Shown: positions 13,959 through 27,006 of the stretch, piece by piece
How positions within the stretch are numbered: position 1 is the first letter of the stretch
Layout: each line of letters opens with the position of its first letter
Source: Octopus vulgaris
Taxonomy: Eukaryota
Direction: 5' to 3'
Assembly: GCA_951406725.2 (NCBI GenBank)
Contig: OX597814.1
Span: 180,854,001-180,918,000, forward strand
Length of the DNA: 64,000 nt
Notes under the pieces: generated by a model
What the model saw: only the letters and a program-made list of their open reading frames with translations
Databases searched by the model: none
What the model was told of the DNA's origin: nothing
Program-made: the position numbers and the translations under genes

Positions 13959-13974
13959 TCTGTAAAACGTAAAT

Positions 13975-15131
13975 CCGAAAGAAGAAGCAGTCTAAGATAT
14001 AGAGCAGTATATATTAAAAACGGGGAAGGCCGGTTTATGGCATTACCTTAGGTTTCCTGTCCATAAAGGATTTAGCTTTATGGTGCATCGTCAGATCCCA
14101 AAACCTGTTGGCCCAAGACCTCTTAAAAGTATGGAGGGGGAAATGCTTCACTACTCAAAGGTAACAATTGGGATTTATCTCCCTTGGCTATCGGCTACCG
14201 ACTTCTGGCTGCCCCGCCATATTGTGGGCTCCAAAAGGCTAGCAGGCATCTCCTGAAATGTAAACATGGCCCGAAAATCTCCGTTCTGGAGTTAAAGGTG
14301 TTCCCTGTTGGAGGGAGTTCTTGGGGGTTCTCGCACGTTCAGCTATGCATAATTTGCAAGGTTTTGTCCCATTGATGTAGAGGCCTGGGTTCTCGAGTAT
14401 TTTCCATAAGGTCGAGTATGGAATCCCATCGCCTCTCAGTTGCCAGACCTGGCTGGCCAATGATGTTACGTATCTTCTTTCTGGGACCAAGAAGGAGGAT
14501 TTGTAGTTGGAGAGACGTTGCTTGAATGGGTTTCTGGAACATCCGATGTATCTCCGTGAGTGTGTGTTGTCGGTGCTGTGTCTGTATCTGCTGTTGTTGC
14601 TGTTGCTGCTGTTGTTGTTGTTAAGCAACAAGACGGGTAAGGGTGATTAGGTGATGGTCTAGGGCTTAGGGGTGGGAGACCCCAGACCTTGGGAAAAAAA
14701 ATTTGGTCGTCTTGTTGTAGTCGAGGGCTCTTCGTTGACGCCCGACACCACTGGGGGTGGCCCTCGAAGTCGCTGGAAATGGAGATCTCCAGGTCCAAAT
14801 TCTTGAACGGCTGCTGTTGCTGCTGCCGCCGTCATCTTTGTTGTTGGAACTGGGGCTGCTGGTGTTGGCATCACTGGAGGTGGTGGGGGTGGTGGTGGTG
14901 GTGGTGGTGGTGGTTGGTGGTTGGTGGTTGGTGGTTGTGGCGGCGGCGGCGGCGGCGATAATGGTATCGCTACTGCCGGTGATGGTGAAGGTGGTGTTGT
15001 TGTTATTGCGGTCTTCGTCATTGGTGGGAGAGTTGCCATTGCTGCTAGAGATGTCATTAGCTGTGGTTCTGCTGGTGTTTCTGCAAGGGCCACTGTCGCT
15101 GTTGATGCTGTTGCCACTATTGTTATCATGG

Positions 15132-15132
<1 letters not shown>
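13975..15132 (-). mobile_element. Penelope-like element remnant (GIY-YIG endonuclease half, no RT seen)
   Basis: ORF 14239-14631 reads RYIGCSRNPFKQRLSNYKSSF...TSLASQVWQL...WKILE...PCKLCIAER. A hammerhead motif lies downstream, and the upstream part is filled with trinucleotide repeats. Confidence 0.85.
14038..14100 (-). ncRNA. Type I hammerhead ribozyme motif
   Basis: The minus strand reads tgggat-CTGACGA-tgca-ccataaag-ctaaatc-ctttatgg-acag-GAAA-cc-taa-g-GTA-atgcca. Core boxes are intact, helix II has 8 perfect pairs, helix III is ACC/GGT, the triplet is GUA, and helix I has 5 of 6 pairs. Confidence 0.75.
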
Positions 15133-15225
<93 letters not shown>

Positions 15226-15705
15226 ACACACACACACACACACATTCACGTGTGTGTGTACGACGGTCTTTCACAGTTTCCCCGCTAAAAAATTCCTTTT
15301 CAGTGTATAGATGAAATATAATAGAATATACTCGTTCGAGGTACTCAACAGTGAAGTCTAACCAGAGCTTACGTGATTTTGAAACGAACCTCTTAACCAC
15401 GTAGCCATGTCTGACTTAATGTTTCGTGAAGCCTCCTCATTCATGCTGAATGGATTATAACGTTATTGCATTCATAATTTGTCAGCTCTTTCTTTAACAA
15501 GTAGATCAGAGGCATTTTGGCATGTATTTTCAAATATCTAAGTAATGGATGTTTTTCACTCTAAATCATTATCATTTCAGTCATTCTTTAGTGTGGTAAG
15601 TATGAATAAAACCATACTTCTCTGAGAAGGTCCAATAAAAACCGAAACGTGTCCGAAATCTACCCTTTGCTTATTGAAGACAAGATTGAAGCTAAGACGT
15701 TCCCC

Positions 15706-15804
15706 ACCCCTAGCATGCAACCTCAATTTTTAATCAATTTTGATTTCGGAGTTGTACCCCTAGCATGCAACCTCAATTTTTAATCAATGTTGGTTTCGGA
15801 GTTG
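15706..15804. repeat. 50-bp tandem duplication
   Basis: acccctagcatgcaacctcaatttttaatcaat.ttg.tttcggagttg occurs twice. Confidence 0.95.
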
Positions 15805-16402
15805 ATTGAAATTATTATATACTCTGAATTGATCCAAAATAATGTTTGTTTGGTATTTTTTCTATTTCTTTTTAGCCCTTGTTCATTATGTATGTGAACT
15901 ACTTTATAACTCTATGTTCCCTATGCAGAATGCAGTGCTGAGAAATATTGTTGATTCCGCAAGGTAATATTTGATTTAAACGTTTCACGCAAATAGTTAA
16001 AGGGGGAAATACAAGTTAGCAAGAGTAGAGTATTGTTCTGAGAAAGAAGGCTTGAATTCTATATATTTCTGAGATTGTTACTGAACTGTAAATATATCAG
16101 GCAGATAGAGCAGAATTTCAAACAGGAACATAACGATTTCTGAAAGCAACACATCGTAAGATTTCCAAAATGAGAAGAGAAATGGTAATTTTCTACATTA
16201 ACGATTTTATATTCCTATAGATTTTCGTAAATTTTCGGAATATATTAGTAGAGCAATACTATTGTAGTTTATTCTAATGTATTCTATGCTATTTATATAC
16301 TATCTTCTTGAGTGAAATTAAAATTCTACATCATCCCTGCAACCTGTCAAATTGTTTCAATGGAGTCCAGTATTTAACCAAAGGTTCTCGTTCCATCTCT
16401 CA

Positions 16403-16434
<32 letters not shown>

Positions 16435-16508
16435 TTCTCTCTCTCACTCTCGCTCTCTCTGTCTCTCTTTCTTTCTTTCCCTCCCTCACTATCTATCTAT
16501 CCATCTAT

Positions 16509-16539
<31 letters not shown>

Positions 16540-16669
16540 CACATACACAGACACATATACTGTATATACCTATATATATATACACCTATCTATGTCTATC
16601 TCTGTCTCTCGACCTCTCTATATATATGTGTATATGTGTGTATATATATATACATACACACATATACAC

Positions 16670-16727
<58 letters not shown>

Positions 16728-17396
16728 CTATCTATGTCTATCTCTGTCTCTCGACCTATATATATATATATATATGTGCGTGCGCGTGTGCGCGCGTGTG
16801 CGCGCGTGTGCGCGCGTGTGCGCGTGTGCGCGCGTGTGCGCGCGTGTGTGTTCTTTACTCATATTAACCTCTTTAAAGACATTCGTGGTTCACTGGATCA
16901 CTTATCTGGAATTTAGCAAATGAAGAGTAACATTCTCCTGGATAAGAATATATCGCAGATAAATTTTCCCGCAGTAAAACCTGAACTCAGTATCATAAGC
17001 TAACGTTGAAAATCTTACACATGGACACCAACAGTACTGGTAAGAAATTAAGAATCGCGGACCTGTCGGCTGATCTGGTCTTGATGCTTAGCTCAAAGTT
17101 ATTTCTGATCGAGCAGACCCAGTATGATCAAAGATATTTCAGCTGGGACCAACCTGATCTTTTTGATGCATTGAACATTATATTATCCAATGTTTTCTTT
17201 TTAAGAGAGACGAGTGTGATTTAAAGGAGATGTTGCTATTTTTTTCTCGGTCTTTTTCTGGTTCAATAATTTTGTTTGATGCGATTTGATTCGAGCATTC
17301 ATGCTCTCCAAGTTACTCTACTGAGAGATAATTTTCGGTGGTGACGATTATTGGGAAAGAGGGGAGTCAAAATGGGTAACTTCTGATTTTTTATTA

Positions 17397-17835
17397 TCTC
17401 TCTCTATATAAACGGCAGTTTGTCTGTCTGTGTGTCTGTGTGTCTGTCAGGTTGTACCCTCACCCTGACCACGGCTTTCAACCGATTCTGATGAAACTTG
17501 ACACACACATAGCCCAATGTCATAATTCAAAACTAACGCAGTGAAAATTTTGAAAAGTTCCCCCAGTTCTGAAAAAATTGATAAATTCGACATGGGGTCG
17601 AGAATCTAAGCTTTTTATATGCAACACATTTTCTGTCTAGGGGACACAACTCGACCTTTTTATCGCCCAAAGGGACAGCTAGGAACATCGTATACACAGA
17701 AGTATTCGAGTGAAGAGAAGACATTGCAACCTACACATGCGCCTTCGTTCCCTAGAGGGAAAGGACTAGATTGGGATTAGTCGTTGCCTACTAGGGGCTC
17801 TTACATACTCGGGCAACGCCGGGCTATGCTGCTAG
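17397..17835 (+). mobile_element. Non-autonomous Helitron
   Basis: A|TC start followed by tctctatataa and a (GTCT)n tract. Subterminal hairpin ctcgggcaacgccggg (17808-17823) and a CTAG|T end. No TSD. Confidence 0.85.
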
Positions 17836-18871
17836 TATTTTATATCATTACATTGAAAGTATTGCACCATCGTTTTGTACTGTTGCATTATTTTGGGGTG
17901 TAAAAATTGGTCGGCACAGTGTTGTTGAAGTTAAGAGGGTTTCAAACAGGGTTTTTTTTTCAAGAAATTTTTCCTCAAGTTTGACCCGATTGTAATTCAG
18001 GTTGCGAATATAATATCTGGATATATATTTTTTTTTTATTGTTGACAGCCAAAATTCTGTTCTCTGTTGTATTCCAAGTCAATTTTTCCCACACTAATGT
18101 CTAATCTGATAATTTTCAAAAAATTACGTCTAAACTGGGGTAAAATGAGTACTGACTAATTACAATAATTTCTTCTCTTTAACTGCATGGTGCGTAAATA
18201 TATCAAGCGGAGAACCACCCCAGCAGATCGGGTGAAGCTACAGAGAATATCTTCTATTGAACTTTTAGATCTAGTCGAGTTTCATTAATTTCATATCATG
18301 TGCCATTTCTCCAAGATCGTCTTGCATTTGACCGAAATATTTATAATTTTTGTTGCATTTCTTATCTTTCAAATGCCTAAAGATGGATGTTGATGTGTAT
18401 GAGTCTTTTCACAAATGTAATTCTGGAGAACCGAAGAGGCAAATTTACCTTACTTTGTTTTATTGATCTTGCCCCGCCTAATTTTCTTTTGCATGCTTAA
18501 AGAGAACGGAGACCATTTTCTGAAATATCCATACGTTGTTTTGAATGTCATAGTCTTTTTAAAGCATTTAGAGAAGGTCGCTTACGTAGCTGATAAAGGT
18601 TTTGTAAGGTAGTGATCATTTGTAAAAAATATGTTTTCTCAAAGTCAAAAATGCGGTAAATATTATTCATTGTATTCTACCCATCTCTTCTAGCTAGTTT
18701 ATCCTGCCGCAGTATAGTCATGAACCTGGGCAAAGACAATTAATCAAGCCAAGGCCGAGATAGTGTCGAGCCACGCTCCAAAATATTGCATTTACATACA
18801 CTGCTAATAACTGTAAACGTCAAATATGCAGATTTATACTCACATTGCATATGCATATGAGCACGTATGTG

Positions 18872-18974
<103 letters not shown>

Positions 18975-20284
18975 GTTTGTCTTTAAGTTAAGTTATAAAA
19001 ACAGTTTATTATTAAACTGAAGGATTACTCAATAGTTTTTCTGCAGGGCACGTTTTTATTAGAAGTTTACAAGAAAAGGATTGGTAATGACTTCGAAGTT
19101 TTGGCTTGGAAGATTAAAAACAAGTTGTGGATATAGGGATGAACATACTTTTTGCAATAACTCGTAAGTAAAATGAAATTGCAGTTTGACTCATGTTCTA
19201 TGACAGTCACCACTTGCTTACGCTTTCTATGATCAGACTGGAGAAAAGTAATATTTTTTTGTTAAGCTTTACTTTTCTAATCTTGCGTTATAGAAAGTAG
19301 TAACATTCTGCTGAACTAATCACTTTCTAATCACTTTTATAGACATCGGCAACATTCTACTGTGCCGTTATTCCTTTAATCTATTCCTTATAGACACTAT
19401 TAATATTCTATATCATTGGAATTCTTAATTTTATAGACGCCATTAATACGGTGATGGTGGATATTTTTTAAGCAAGTATATTCTTTTGTTATATGATATA
19501 AACATAATTTCATTAAAAGAAAAAATAATTTATCTCTTTTTTTATTTTAATCTATTTATCCAAAATCAAAAGTAATTAGTATATAAAGAATACACAGGCC
19601 GTACAATTTGACAAAATTGAATCAGGAAAAATTCAATACACCAAAATTAAAATAAATTTTCTTCGAATTAAAAAGATTAGCATAAAATAAGAAGAAATTA
19701 TTTAATCATTTATTTTGTTTATTTTCTTTTTATTGTAATCACAGCTAAGTTATACAGAATTGTTTACGACTTTTGAGGAAACTGTGTTTAGTATTTTCCA
19801 CTTTGTAACTTAGATGAAGCAACGTTATTTTTGTAAGATTCTACGTAACCAGAAATTCATTGTAAAAGACTTGGCTTGATGTATTCACGCGGAATATGTA
19901 TAAATCAAACTGCACGTTTGTCTTGTGGCGTTGACGGCTCAGATTAAGCTAAACTGACAATCGAGCTGTAATTCTGGCTAAGTCTGTTCTGCTTAAGGAA
20001 TCACCAAAAGTCTCTTTCGACGAACAATAAAATCTTAGATTTCAACTCCTATAACACTGTAGGCAATTTTTGATTTTCATTCCGATTTATCCTACTATTA
20101 CTGGCTAAAATCATGTTCTTTGACTCTTCAGTAACACATAGGAAGCAAATGCGGATGTTCGGATTTGATAGCGAACCGAACAACCATTTTAACTGTCTGT
20201 AGCTTCTATCCTTTCAGAGGCATTTCGTTAATGTCCATGTCCAACATACTTAATTGACATTCACTTTGTTGTGAGAAAAAACTG

Positions 20285-21334
20285 GGATCTTTTCGCTTTG
20301 ACCGGCAGATTTTTTAAATAATTTCTTTGTAACTAAACACTTCTAAACTTCGTATACTGGTAGAATGTGTTTATAAAACATCTTTTTCTCTTGGCTTTCT
20401 TGAGAAAATTCTGTAGTTTGTAAGCTATTTGTTGTTAAATTTCTTGCATTTTGGCAATTTCAACCAATCAATGACGTCTATTGAGGTGAATCCAATTTGT
20501 CCGGATCGTTGTCAACAACAATTATTTCCGGTGTCATATGAAATTTTCCCTGTTATTTATGAGAAAAAAGATATCCTGTGGCCATAAACTGAGGGGTCAC
20601 TCGTAAACAGAGCTGGATAACAAAACCGTTCCCTCTTTAGTGTCCACCCATAATTATGACCCTAGTATCGATCTATTGCATTTCAATATGTTTTAGGGTT
20701 AGGGTTAGGGTTAGGGTTAGAGTTGTGTTAGGGTTAGAGTTAGGGTTAGGGTTAGAGTTAGGGTTAGGGTTAGGGTTGGGTTAGGGTTAGGGTTAGGGTT
20801 AGAGTTAGGGTTAGGATTGGGTTAGGGTTAGGGTTAGGGTTAAGGTTAGGTTTAGGGGGGGTATCTTTTTTTCTTCAGAAATGTAAATAAACTCAATCTG
20901 TTTCTTAAACGAATATATAATATGTAATGTGTGTATCTGTGCAACAGATAGGAAAATTAAAACTGCATATGTTGTGAACTTAGAATATGTGTTTATTAAT
21001 AAAAGTTTAATAACGATAATCTTTTATTCATACGAACGTAACTAATATGAAATATGTCATAAATAACAGGGACAATTTCATATGACACCGGAAATAATTG
21101 TTGTTGACAACGATCCGGACAAATTGGATTCACCTCAATAGACGTCATTGATTGGTTGAAATTGCCGAAATGCAAGAAATTTAACAACAAATAGCTTACA
21201 AACTACAGAATTTTCTCAAGAAAGCCAAGAGAAAAAGATGTTTTATAAACACATTCTACCAGTATACGAAGTTTAAAAGTGTTTAGTTACAAAGAAATTA
21301 TTTTAAAAATCTGCCTGTCAAAGCGAAAAGATCT
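20285..21334. mobile_element. Second GGATCTTTTC long-TIR element (Merlin-like) with a telomere-like core
   Basis: About 278-bp near-identical TIRs at 20285-20562 and 21057-21334. Flanks aaaaactg (20277-20284) and aaatactg (21335-21342) match at 7 of 8 positions, consistent with an 8-bp TSD. Confidence 0.9.
20693..20857 (+). repeat. Interstitial (TTAGGG)n array with variants
   Basis: About 27 units including TTAGAG, TTGGG and TTAAGG variants. Confidence 0.95.
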
Positions 21335-22184
21335 AAATACTGTATAGCATTATAATCAACTCACTCACAGAAGCAGCAGTATCGCTGTAAAATTGAATAT
21401 TAGCTCCAATTTCTTCTGAGAATTAACTATTGTACCACCAACATATACAACACTGATTTTCCGACAACTGATGGTCCATCACCTTCTTTAATCCGGATAA
21501 ATTGGGAAGGGAACCTTGTAATTCCTGTGGCCGCCGGTCTAGTTCATTGCATTCAGTGAGCCGTGCTTACATGAATTATTTACACTGCACTCGTTAGTGA
21601 TGATACCAAAATTTTAGAGATCCTCTGCTTATTTAGCTTAAAGTTACCCTAAGCTGAGGCTACAAGAGATAAGACAACTGAGAGTATCAAAAGTCCATAT
21701 CTATACAAGATAAAGTAGAATGGGAGGTGTATAATTATTAGATGTGTTGATGACCGTGGTTGATCCTGCAAATCGGTTAATCCATCAAAGTTTTGTAACC
21801 ATGAACGCCAGAAAATCGATGGTGTATCTGTTGATCAATGTTAAATAGGTTGCAAGGAAAATTCATTTTTTCTTTCTTTTTTTTTTTTTTTGTTCAATAC
21901 GGAACAAACTAGAGTTAAATGGTTCAAGCACATAGCATCGTTTCTGTAACCAACATTCAAACAGCTTTGTCCACCCAGCTCCATATATTTCAGAGTAACG
22001 CCAACTCGCTGCTGTAAGCAGTGGCCGCACCATAAACGTGATGAATGTCTCATAAGCTTGCAGTGTTGGGTTCAATTTCTCCTTGCTAAATAGGAAAGGT
22101 AACTTTAAAAAGGATGTAATTGACTAGTACCCATTCGTAAAAATTCAGGACTTGTAGAAAGAATTATGACAGTAGAAAAGATTA

Positions 22185-23320
22185 TGGCGAGCTGGTAGAA
22201 TCATTACTGCGCCGGGCAAAATGCTTAGCAACATTTCGTCCGTCTTTACATTGAAATTCCTTTACGGATTTAGCCGTTCATCCTTTTGGAGTGAATAAAA
22301 TAAGTACTAGTTGAGCAGTGGGGTCGATGTAATCTATGCAGCCCCTCCCCCGAAATGGCTAGCTTTGTGCCAAAATTTGAAATTGTTTTTATTGTTGTCG
22401 TTGTCGTTCAGGCAGCGAGCTGGCAGAACCTTTAAGCACGTCGGATTCCTCAGCAGTATTTCTTTCGCCTCTTTATGTTGAGTTCAAATCTCGCCGAAGC
22501 TTACTTTACCTTTCATCTTTTCGTGGACGGTAACATAAGTCTCTGTCGAGCACTGAAGTTAATATTATGAGCAGACTCCCTAACCCCAAAATGGCAGCTC
22601 ATCTTGTTTATTCCTAAACTTCAGGTTTTTTTTTTTGCTCTATCATTTCCTTACTCTCAAGCTAAGGCTCAGAACGATCAAACATTACATTAGGCATTTC
22701 TCATAAAAATCACCCAAACTTTATGTTGATTGATTTTTCCCCGCACCAATTTTCTCAGATTCCAGAATATTCCCTATTTTGATATTATATTTTCAGGCCC
22801 GCACAACTCACAATGAAGTGAAGTTTTGTAACGATATCGGATTTTTTCTTTAATACAGAACTTGTAGTTAAGATTTTCGTGGTTTAGTGAATCTCTTGCT
22901 AATATTTTGATAACTGTTTAAGGCAGCGAGCTGGCTGAATCATTAGCATGCTGGGAAGAATGCTTAGCGGCATTTCGTCCGCCTTTATGATCTGAGTCGA
23001 AATTCTGCTGGGGTCAACTTTGCCTTTCATCCTTTCGGGGTCGATAAAATAAATACCAGTTGAACACTGGAGCCGATGTGATCGACTTATCCTACGCGTG
23101 AAATTGCTGGTCTTGTGCCGAAATTTTAAATCAATATTTTGATAATTATAGGCGGCGAGCTAGGAGAATCGATAGCACGCCGGGCGCGGCATTTCGTCCG
23201 TCTTAACGTTCTGAGTTCTAATTCCGCCAAGGTCGACTTTGCTTTTCATCATTTCGGAGTCGAGCACTTGGGTCGATGTAATCGACTTACCTGCTTCCCC
23301 GAAATTGCTGGCCTTGTCCC
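22185..23320 (+). mobile_element. Cluster of four tRNA-derived SINE copies
   Basis: ggcgagctggcagaatc.ttagc...tgagttcaaattccgccgaggtcgactttgcctttcatcctttcggggtcgataaa at about 22185, 22410, 22921 and 23150. Confidence 0.85.
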
Positions 23321-23997
23321 TTCAAGAATAGTTGAACTCAACACAACAAACTATCAAAAATACTCACTTCTATATCACGAACCTGCTAGCACTAGCTCGA
23401 AAATTTCTCTTAGATCATATCCTACTGCATTAAAAATAGAAGTACACAGTGAATAATTCAGTCTTTTATACACTATACATGAGAATAGGAAAAGATGGGA
23501 TGGTCACAGTTGATTTATCTTTGATTATAGGTTTGCTCAGTCAAACAATATATGGCACGAGTCTAAACAATACATTGTTACTCATCGATTTTATTGTGTT
23601 CTCGTTGCTTACAAGGATGATTATTTTCTAATTTGTGGTATCTGTTTTCAGCTAGGTGCACTATGCCAGTCAAGAGTTTCATGGCTGCGAAAATAACACG
23701 ATATGAATGAGAGGTTACAAGCCACCGATCTCTCGGTTCGTTCGCACTCTCTGAATTGAATCAACTATCAGCTACTAACACTAAAACTATTATACTTGTA
23801 GGCTCTTTTACATTGGCACAGGGCCACAATTTTATACATATAAAATATAATCGATTGAATCAATATCAGCTGTAACTGGTACTTGTTACATCAATAAAGT
23901 TAACTTCGGTGAGATTCGAAATCAGACTCTAAAATGCAACTAAATTCTGTTTGGCATTTATTTAGCCGGGTACTTTGCTAAGTTGGTGAATCCATCT

Positions 23998-24248
23998 GTT
24001 TCTTTATTACCCACAAGGGGCTAAACATAGAGGGGACAAACAAGGACAGACAAACGGATTAAGTCGATTACATCGACCCCAGTGCGTAACTGGTACTTAA
24101 TTTATCGACCCCGAAAGGCTGAAAGGCAAAGTCGACCTCGGCGGAATTTGAACTCAGATCATAAAGACGGACGAAATGTCATAAAGACAGACGAAATGCG
24201 GCTACGCATTTCGCCTGGCGGCTAACGATTCTGCCAGCGCGCCGCCTT
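23998..24248 (-). mobile_element. Full-length SINE with TSD
   Basis: TSD aagttggtgaatccatct at 23980-23997 and 24250-24267. Confidence 0.92.
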
Positions 24249-24916
24249 CAAGTTGGTGAATCCATCTCTTTACTAATAAACTCTAATATTATTTTAATTC
24301 TGTGAAAACTCATGAATCAAGTTGTCTTGTAAACAGAGCTTGATTGGTTACTAAGAATTCGCAATTAATATGCATACCGCGAAAAATCACTGTTGCTTAC
24401 ATCAATCAAGTTTGACAGATACTATTAAATGAACGAGAAACCAATAAATACGAAGCATGAGCCATAAGGTTTAACATCGTCGATATTTTGAGCCATAAAC
24501 TTTTCACATTTGTTTCGCATGATGAATGTCAGCATCCTAGTCAGATGTATCTGAGCATATGACAAGAACATTGCCGGATCAACGACGTAACTAAGGTGTT
24601 AGAATCACGTCAATCAGAATTCACGAGGAAAAAATATTTGAAGTGATAGGAAGTCTTGTTCGATTATAAGGTAAGTGTGAGAAGGCTAATTGAAAGAAAA
24701 TTTAAGTATTCTTCTGCCGAATAAGTTCATTGAATTGATAAAACTTTCACGATTGCAAATATTGGGATTTTCTGCACTGTTCACTAAAATATTGTTGGGT
24801 ATTATTGGTGAACTCTGTGTGTTTGTAGGGGGGGGTGTTTGTACGTGTGTGGTGTTTGTACGTGTGTGATATCGCGTGAGCGTATATGTGGGTGTAATAT
24901 TCCTAAAACGTAATAT

Positions 24917-25147
24917 ATTTCTTTCACTACCCTCAAGAGGCTAAACACAGAGGGGACAAATAAGGAGAGACAAACGGATTAAGTCGATTACATCGACCCC
25001 AGTGCGTAACTGGTCTTTAATTTATCGACCCCGAAAGGATGAAAGTCAAAGTCGACCTCGGCGGAATTTGAACTCAGAACGTAACGGCAGACGAAATACG
25101 GCTAAGCATTTCGCCCGGCGTGCTAACGTTTCTGCCAGCTCGCCGCT
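24917..25147 (-). mobile_element. Full-length SINE with TSD
   Basis: TSD atattcctaaaacgtaata on both sides (about 24897-24915 and 25151-25169). Confidence 0.92.
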
Positions 25148-25405
25148 TTTATATTCCTAAAACGTAATAGCTTCAGGCAGCAGATATAGTTGTGTAATAT
25201 ATCAGTTTGGCGCTCGAAGCAGTTCATCGGTCAACCAAGATGCAAATTGGGTGAGCAACGGGGGTTCACATCTTTCCTTTAAGCAGTAGTGGCTTCAAAT
25301 TTTTCTTGATGAGCAAATATACTTTGTAACGATTCGATGATGAGCGGGGGTTGATGAAATCAGTTCTTCATAATATATTTATAGTTACTTTTAAAAGAAA
25401 TACCT

Positions 25406-25630
25406 ATTTCTTTATTACCCACAAGGGGCTAAACATAGAGGGCACAAACAAGGACAGACATAGGTATTAAGTCGATTACATCGACCCCAGTGCGGAACTG
25501 GTACTTAATTTATTGACCCCGAAAGGATGAAAGGCAAAGTCAACCTCGGCGGAATTTGAACTCACAACGTAACGGCAGACGAAATACTCCTAAGCATTTC
25601 GCCCGACGTGCTAACGATTCTGCCAGCTCG
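25406..25630 (-). mobile_element. SINE, same family
   Basis: Near-identical to 24917-25147 and flanked by gaaatacc on both sides. Confidence 0.9.
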
Positions 25631-26571
25631 GAAATACCAAGGTGCTTCGCTCCGGTAGAGCAAAAACAGAAAAGAAAATAGGAAAATGATGTTCATTGCA
25701 AAATACCATGTAAATTTGTTTTTCTTCAGATTAAGAAAGATTTCTTTGTGTGAAGATGAATGTTGTTATACTGGAGTGGTTAGCGACTGTTAGCATACAT
25801 GTTTTACTGAGAGTCAGATTGTCAATGCAGAATCAGCCGAAATTATTCGCATAACAGAAGTTCTGTTGGCTTTTGGTGGTATTATCAGTAAGAGAAAATT
25901 TCTTTTGCAGTCATGCTTCATCACTCACGAGTCACCTTCTATTGTCTTTATTTGTCAATATCATCTTGTCTCTCAGTATCAACTTGCTGTTCACTGACCG
26001 TTAATCCAAACAAGTTTGTATCTATGCACGCATAGATACCGCCTGTTATTCGCGAGTTGTTTTGACTAGAATCCAAAATTTCTTTGAAAACCATTGGTCA
26101 GATTTTTTCCCGATGTGACAAAATGTCGTTATAACATTTCATGTTTGAAAACCAAAAGGTTCCAGTTTCGAATCACGATGTAGATCTGCAACAACTTATT
26201 AAACTGGTGTGCTCACCAGGAAAGAAATACATCTCAATCGTTTAACGCTTTAAAACTACACCACATCTTCCTGATGAGGGAGGTGGGTAAAAAGAACGGG
26301 ACAAAGAAACTATTTAAATTTGTCTATATATGTTATATATAAGAATGTCTGAGTTTGTGTGCATACATGCTTTGTTATCTATGTGCACACGCGTGTGTGT
26401 GTGTGTAGGCCTTGGGGAATTTCTTATTTGTTTAGTCAACATTATATACTAAATTATATTGCTTTGAGTTTTAATGTATTGATTTCGGCTACAATCCTGC
26501 ATGGAAATACGCTATTGTTGCATTTTGAAAAATATTTGTGTATGTATGTGAGTGTGTGAGCGTGAGTAAGC

Positions 26572-26613
<42 letters not shown>

Positions 26614-26818
26614 AACTGAATATGGTTTGTGTACTAGGTACACATACCGGGAAGAATACGAAAAATCAATATTCTATATATAGTGAGATTTAATTCGGGT
26701 ATTGGAATGTTCAATATACTCCAGTGACTGTTAGTTTTGAATTTTCCAATATACCCGAAATATACATTATATGCTATCAATGCGCGTGTATGTGTGTATA
26801 TATACACATACACACACA

Positions 26819-26867
<49 letters not shown>

Positions 26868-27006
26868 ACACACACACACACATACATACACACATATTAA
26901 TGTTTCTTTTATGTTTAGCTATATAAAACAAAAACACTGAATTGAAGGACCAATCAATACCTTCCATAGAGTATCATATTTATTTTGTTTTGACAAAAAG
27001 GTTAGC

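Noticed and set aside
14659-15400. Long Pro/Thr/Val-rich ORFs
   Set aside because: Trinucleotide and dinucleotide repeats inside a Penelope-like relic, open in many frames.
20693-20857. True telomere or chromosome fusion site
   Set aside because: Short, single orientation, and enclosed by TIRs with a TSD.
25650-26230. Possible hAT transposase remnant on the minus strand
   Set aside because: Only a vague resemblance, with no motif I can read unambiguously.
26265-26315. CTGATGAG...GAAAC as a hammerhead
   Set aside because: No helix II or helix I pairing.
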